This document shows positions 60,799 to 64,000 of a stretch of DNA of 64,000 nucleotides, piece by piece. Location of the stretch: NCBI GenBank assembly GCA_963843145.1, contig CAWJJC010000005.1, forward strand, positions 64,001 through 128,000. The letters are read 5' to 3'. The translations under genes and the position numbers were made by a program. The stretch comes from an uncultured delta proteobacterium. GTDB taxonomy: Bacteria; Desulfobacterota; RBG-13-43-22. The stretch's first letter is position 1. Every line of letters starts with the position of its first letter. Below the pieces are notes generated by a model that made no database searches, was not told the DNA's origin, and saw only the letters and a program-made list of their open reading frames with translations.

Positions 60799-62277
60799 TT
60801 AACTTTCAGGACGAAGTTGGGGAAATAAAATCACCTCCCGGATAGAAGGGGCATCGGTAAAGAGCATGACCAGCCGGTCGATCCCTATCCCTTCACCGGC
60901 CGTGGGAGGCATGCCGTACTCCAGGGCCTGGATATAATCCTTATCCATGGCCTGGGCCTCCTCATCGCCGGCTTCCTTGGCCCTCACCTGGTCCAGAAAA
61001 CGGTCCCGCTGGTCCTGAGGGTCATTCAGTTCGGTGAATCCGTTCGCTATCTCCCGGCCGGAAATAAAAAGTTCAAAACGATCGGTGAGTTCCGGATTGT
61101 CCGGGCTTCGCTTGGCCAAAGGCGACACTTCCACCGGATAGCCGGTGATAAACGTGGGCTGACGCAGCCGGGGTTCCACGAGCTGCTCAAAAATCTTGGT
61201 CAGTGCCTTTCCCGGACCATCCCCGGCCTGAAGCTGGGCGCCCTGCTCCTTGGCCAAAGCCATGGCCTTGGCCGGATTCGTCAGCACCTGAGGGTCGACT
61301 CCTCCCAAGGTCCGGATGGCCTCCAGAAAGGGAATTCTTTTCCAGGGAGGGGTTAAATCGATAGACTCCCCCTGATAGGTTAAAGTTAAGCCCCCTTTTA
61401 TTTCCTCGGCCAACAGGGCCACCAACTCCTCGGTAAAGGACATCAAATCCTGATAGGTGGCATAGGCTTGGTAAAATTCCATCATGGTAAATTCGGGATT
61501 ATGCTGGATGGACAGACCTTCGTTCCTGAAATTGCGGTTGATCTCATACACTCGTTCCAGCCCCCCGATGACCAGGCGCTTCAAATAGAGCTCCGGGGCG
61601 ATCCTGAGGAAAAGAGGCAGGTTCAGGGCGTTGTGAAACGTGCGAAAGGGCTTGGCCGTCGCCCCGCCGGGGATCGGCTGCATCATGGGCGTTTCCACTT
61701 CCAGGAAGCCGCGCTGGTTCATAACGGTCCGGAGCATGGAGATCAGGCGGGAGCGGGTTTCAAATATGCTCCGGACTTGCGGATTAACCAGCAGATCCAA
61801 ATAGCGCTGCCGATAACGATGCTCCACATCGGTCAAGCCATGAAATTTTTCCGGCAGGGGGAGCAGGGCCTTGGCCAGCAGGCTGCATTTCCGGACCAGC
61901 AGGGTCAATTCCCCGGTTTTTGTCCGGAACAAGGTCCCTTCCAGGCTTAAAAAATCCCCCAGATCCACCTTTTTGAACAATCCGAAAGCCTCCGGACCGG
62001 CTATTTCCTTCTTCAGGTAGCCCTGCATGCGGCCGGTGCCGTCCTGAAAATGGAAAAAAACGCTTTTGCCGAAATCCCGGATGGTCATCAATCTCCCGGC
62101 CGTCTGAATCAGCGGCTCCCCATCCTGAAGGAATTCAGCCTGGGATTGATACCGGCTGTGGATGTCAGCAACCTTATGCTTCACCTGGTTGAAGCTGGGG
62201 TAAGGATCGATCCCGGCTTCCCGGAGTTCCTGAATCTTTTTTAACCGCTGCTGACGCAGAAGATTGCTGTCTTCCAT
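60799..62277 (-). CDS. lysS: Lysine--tRNA ligase (class II)
   Basis: Motifs RYRQRYLDL, LRIAPELYLKRL, FRNEG, HNPEFT, GMPPTAGEGIGIDRL. Confidence 0.98.
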   Translation of the reverse strand: MEDSNLLRQQRLKKIQELREAGIDPYPSFNQVKHKVADIHSRYQSQAEFLQDGEPLIQTAGRLMTIRDFGKSVFFHFQDGTGRMQGYLKKEIAGPEAFGLFKKVDLGDFLSLEGTLFRTKTGELTLLVRKCSLLAKALLPLPEKFHGLTDVEHRYRQRYLDLLVNPQVRSIFETRSRLISMLRTVMNQRGFLEVETPMMQPIPGGATAKPFRTFHNALNLPLFLRIAPELYLKRLVIGGLERVYEINRNFRNEGLSIQHNPEFTMMEFYQAYATYQDLMSFTEELVALLAEEIKGGLTLTYQGESIDLTPPWKRIPFLEAIRTLGGVDPQVLTNPAKAMALAKEQGAQLQAGDGPGKALTKIFEQLVEPRLRQPTFITGYPVEVSPLAKRSPDNPELTDRFELFISGREIANGFTELNDPQDQRDRFLDQVRAKEAGDEEAQAMDKDYIQALEYGMPPTAGEGIGIDRLVMLFTDAPSIREVILFPQLRPES

Positions 62278-62409
62278 TGACGAAAACCTTTTCCCCTCTT
62301 ATAGTCCTGAAATGTCCCGGTACGGCCATCTGAACCCAAAACCGGGGACTGAACCGGCGTCGGCCCTTTTGGACGCTCAGAATTTGGCCGGAAATTATAT
62401 AAACTATCT

Positions 62410-62438
62410 TTTGTAATAGATTATCAAATAATAGTCAA
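62410..62438 (-). promoter_or_regulatory. Putative sigma70 promoter for the lysS operon
   Basis: TTGACT-N17-TACAAA in the AT-rich divergent intergenic region. Confidence 0.5.
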
Positions 62439-62479
62439 GGATAAAGCCTCAGGGGGCCAGGGAGGGGAAAGGGTCGGGT

Positions 62480-63640
62480 TTGAACTTCAAGATACTTATT
62501 TTATTGAGTTTAGGTCACCTGGTCACCGATATCAGCCAGGGGGCTCTGCCGGCCCTGCTTCCCTTTCTCAAGGAGTCCCTGGGCCTCTCCTATACGGCCG
62601 CCGGCCTCGTCCTGTTGGTTTCCAACCTGACTTCATCGATTATTCAGCCTCTTTTCGGCCTGGTTTCCGACCGCCGGCCCAAACCGTTCCTCATCCCTTT
62701 GGGAATCCTGATGGCCGCCGTGGGGATCAGCCTTACCGGCCTATCCTCCAATTATCTCACGCTTCTGGCGCTGGTGGTTTTCTGCGGACTGGGCGTGGCG
62801 GCCTTTCATCCGGAAGGATTCAAGACCGCGCACTTCTTTATCGGGGCCAAAAAGGCCACGGGCATGTCCCTCTTTGCCGTGGGGGGGAACCTCGGTTTCG
62901 CCCTCGGCCCTTTCACCCTGCTCTTCCTGGTTACCCATTTTTCCCTGAAAGGGACCTTGTTTTACCTTCTCCCCGGACTACTCATGGTGGCCGCCACGAT
63001 TTTTTTTCTTTCCACTTTCCGATATACCGAACCCCACGAGAAAAGCCGGGCCAAACCGTCTGCCCAAAACGGCGGTTCTTCCTACGGGATACTGACTCTC
63101 CTTATCCTGGTGGTCACCATGCGATCCTGGATCCAGATGGGCCTGGTCAGTTACATTCCCTTTTATTACATCAACTACCTGAAAGGCGCCCCGCTGCTGG
63201 CCGGCAAGATGGTGACCACCTTCCTGATTTCCGGGACCCTGGGGACCCTGCTGGGAGCCCCCCTGGCGGACCGCTGGGGGCACCAGCGGTTTTTAACAGC
63301 CACCTGGGTGGTCATGATCCCGTTGATGGTCTTGTTTTTCCAGGTGCAGGGCTGGGGGACTTTTCTGGTACTGGGCTTGGCTGGATTTGTGCTGGTTTCC
63401 AGTTTCTCGGTCACCGTGGTCATGGCCCAGGACCTCCTGCCGGGCCGGTTGGGGATGGCCTCCGGCCTGATGGTGGGATTTGCCATCGGAACCGGCGGGC
63501 TGGGGGTTACGCTCCTGGGCCTGGTGGCTGATTCCTGGGGCGTACCGGCCGCCCTGCACCTGCTGGGCTACATGCCGCTGGTCGGGTTGATCTTCTGCCT
63601 TTTTCTTCCGCCCGCCGCCTTTCACCGACCCACCCGATAA
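62480..63640 (+). CDS. MFS transporter (Fsr/fosmidomycin-resistance-like)
   Basis: Motifs GHLVTD, QPLFGLVSDR, AAFHPEG, GGNLGFALGP, GMASG; 12 TM segments. Confidence 0.9.
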   Translation: MNFKILILLSLGHLVTDISQGALPALLPFLKESLGLSYTAAGLVLLVSNLTSSIIQPLFGLVSDRRPKPFLIPLGILMAAVGISLTGLSSNYLTLLALVVFCGLGVAAFHPEGFKTAHFFIGAKKATGMSLFAVGGNLGFALGPFTLLFLVTHFSLKGTLFYLLPGLLMVAATIFFLSTFRYTEPHEKSRAKPSAQNGGSSYGILTLLILVVTMRSWIQMGLVSYIPFYYINYLKGAPLLAGKMVTTFLISGTLGTLLGAPLADRWGHQRFLTATWVVMIPLMVLFFQVQGWGTFLVLGLAGFVLVSSFSVTVVMAQDLLPGRLGMASGLMVGFAIGTGGLGVTLLGLVADSWGVPAALHLLGYMPLVGLIFCLFLPPAAFHRPTR

Positions 63641-63659
63641 GAGGAGTTTTCAACCGGCG

Positions 63660-64000
63660 TTACTGCTCAAAAAAGAGACTATTCTTGACCGGATTCTTGC
63701 CGTCAAATAAAATGGGCAGTCCAGCCCACCCCCAAAATGTTCCCGTCGATACCCTCATGGCTTGTATATGAAGGTGCGGTTGCGTTGTCCAGCCGGAATT
63801 GCCGGTTTTGGCAATGGGCTGCCCCTTCCTGACCGTGTCCCCCGTTTTTACCAATAGGCTTCCCGGCTGGAGATGGCCCATCAGGACCCCAAACGTATTC
63901 GAGGTAATCAAAATATGGTTGCCCACATTGTAAGGGGGTATACCAATCCAAGGCGTTTCATTGGGCCATCGGTCTTCGACAACGGAGACCTCCCCATCAC
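63660..64000 (-). CDS. M23 family metallopeptidase, C-terminal part; 5' end lies outside the window
   Basis: Motifs GNHI, HLQPGS, VKTGDTVRKGQ, GNSGWTTQPHLH. Confidence 0.85.
   Translation of the reverse strand, partial: DGEVSVVEDRWPNETPWIGIPPYNVGNHILITSNTFGVLMGHLQPGSLLVKTGDTVRKGQPIAKTGNSGWTTQPHLHIQAMRVSTGTFWGWAGLPILFDGKNPVKNSLFFEQ

Overview
This is a bacterial chromosomal segment whose gene content and order suggest Desulfobacterota/Deltaproteobacteria (inference). Most of it is a minus-strand envelope super-cluster: lysS-lolC/E-lolD-bamA-skp-lpxD-fabZ-lpxA-lpxI-(gnnA-like)-lpxB-msbA, an ArnT-like modification module, lptF-lpxK, five GT9 heptosyltransferases, GT4/GT2 enzymes, deacetylases, hldA, an O-antigen ligase, ugd, then yicC-remA-gmk-rlmB. 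A ~16.5 kb accessory island (~17.0-33.6 kb) carrying RAYT-like, IS91-like and IS1634 transposase relics interrupts the LPS-core genes. The main finding lies in this island: a SynChlorMet-type RiPP cassette with a PqqD/RRE protein, two radical SAM/SPASM enzymes, an S26 peptidase fused to an HprK-like kinase, an ABC exporter and a nucleotidyltransferase. The cassette is bracketed by two diverged copies of an unusual precursor gene: an RRE-type leader ([10 protein letters not shown]), a long poly(Thr-Gly) tract (31 vs about 54 dipeptides, with different codons in each copy), and a Cys-rich core of 10-residue DCxxG repeats. Other findings are a ~215-bp inverted-repeat element present twice with compensatory changes, several heptamer-built palindromes at gene junctions, and scattered single-base frameshifts that may be sequencing errors. 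All family calls come from motif recognition by eye; no searches were run.
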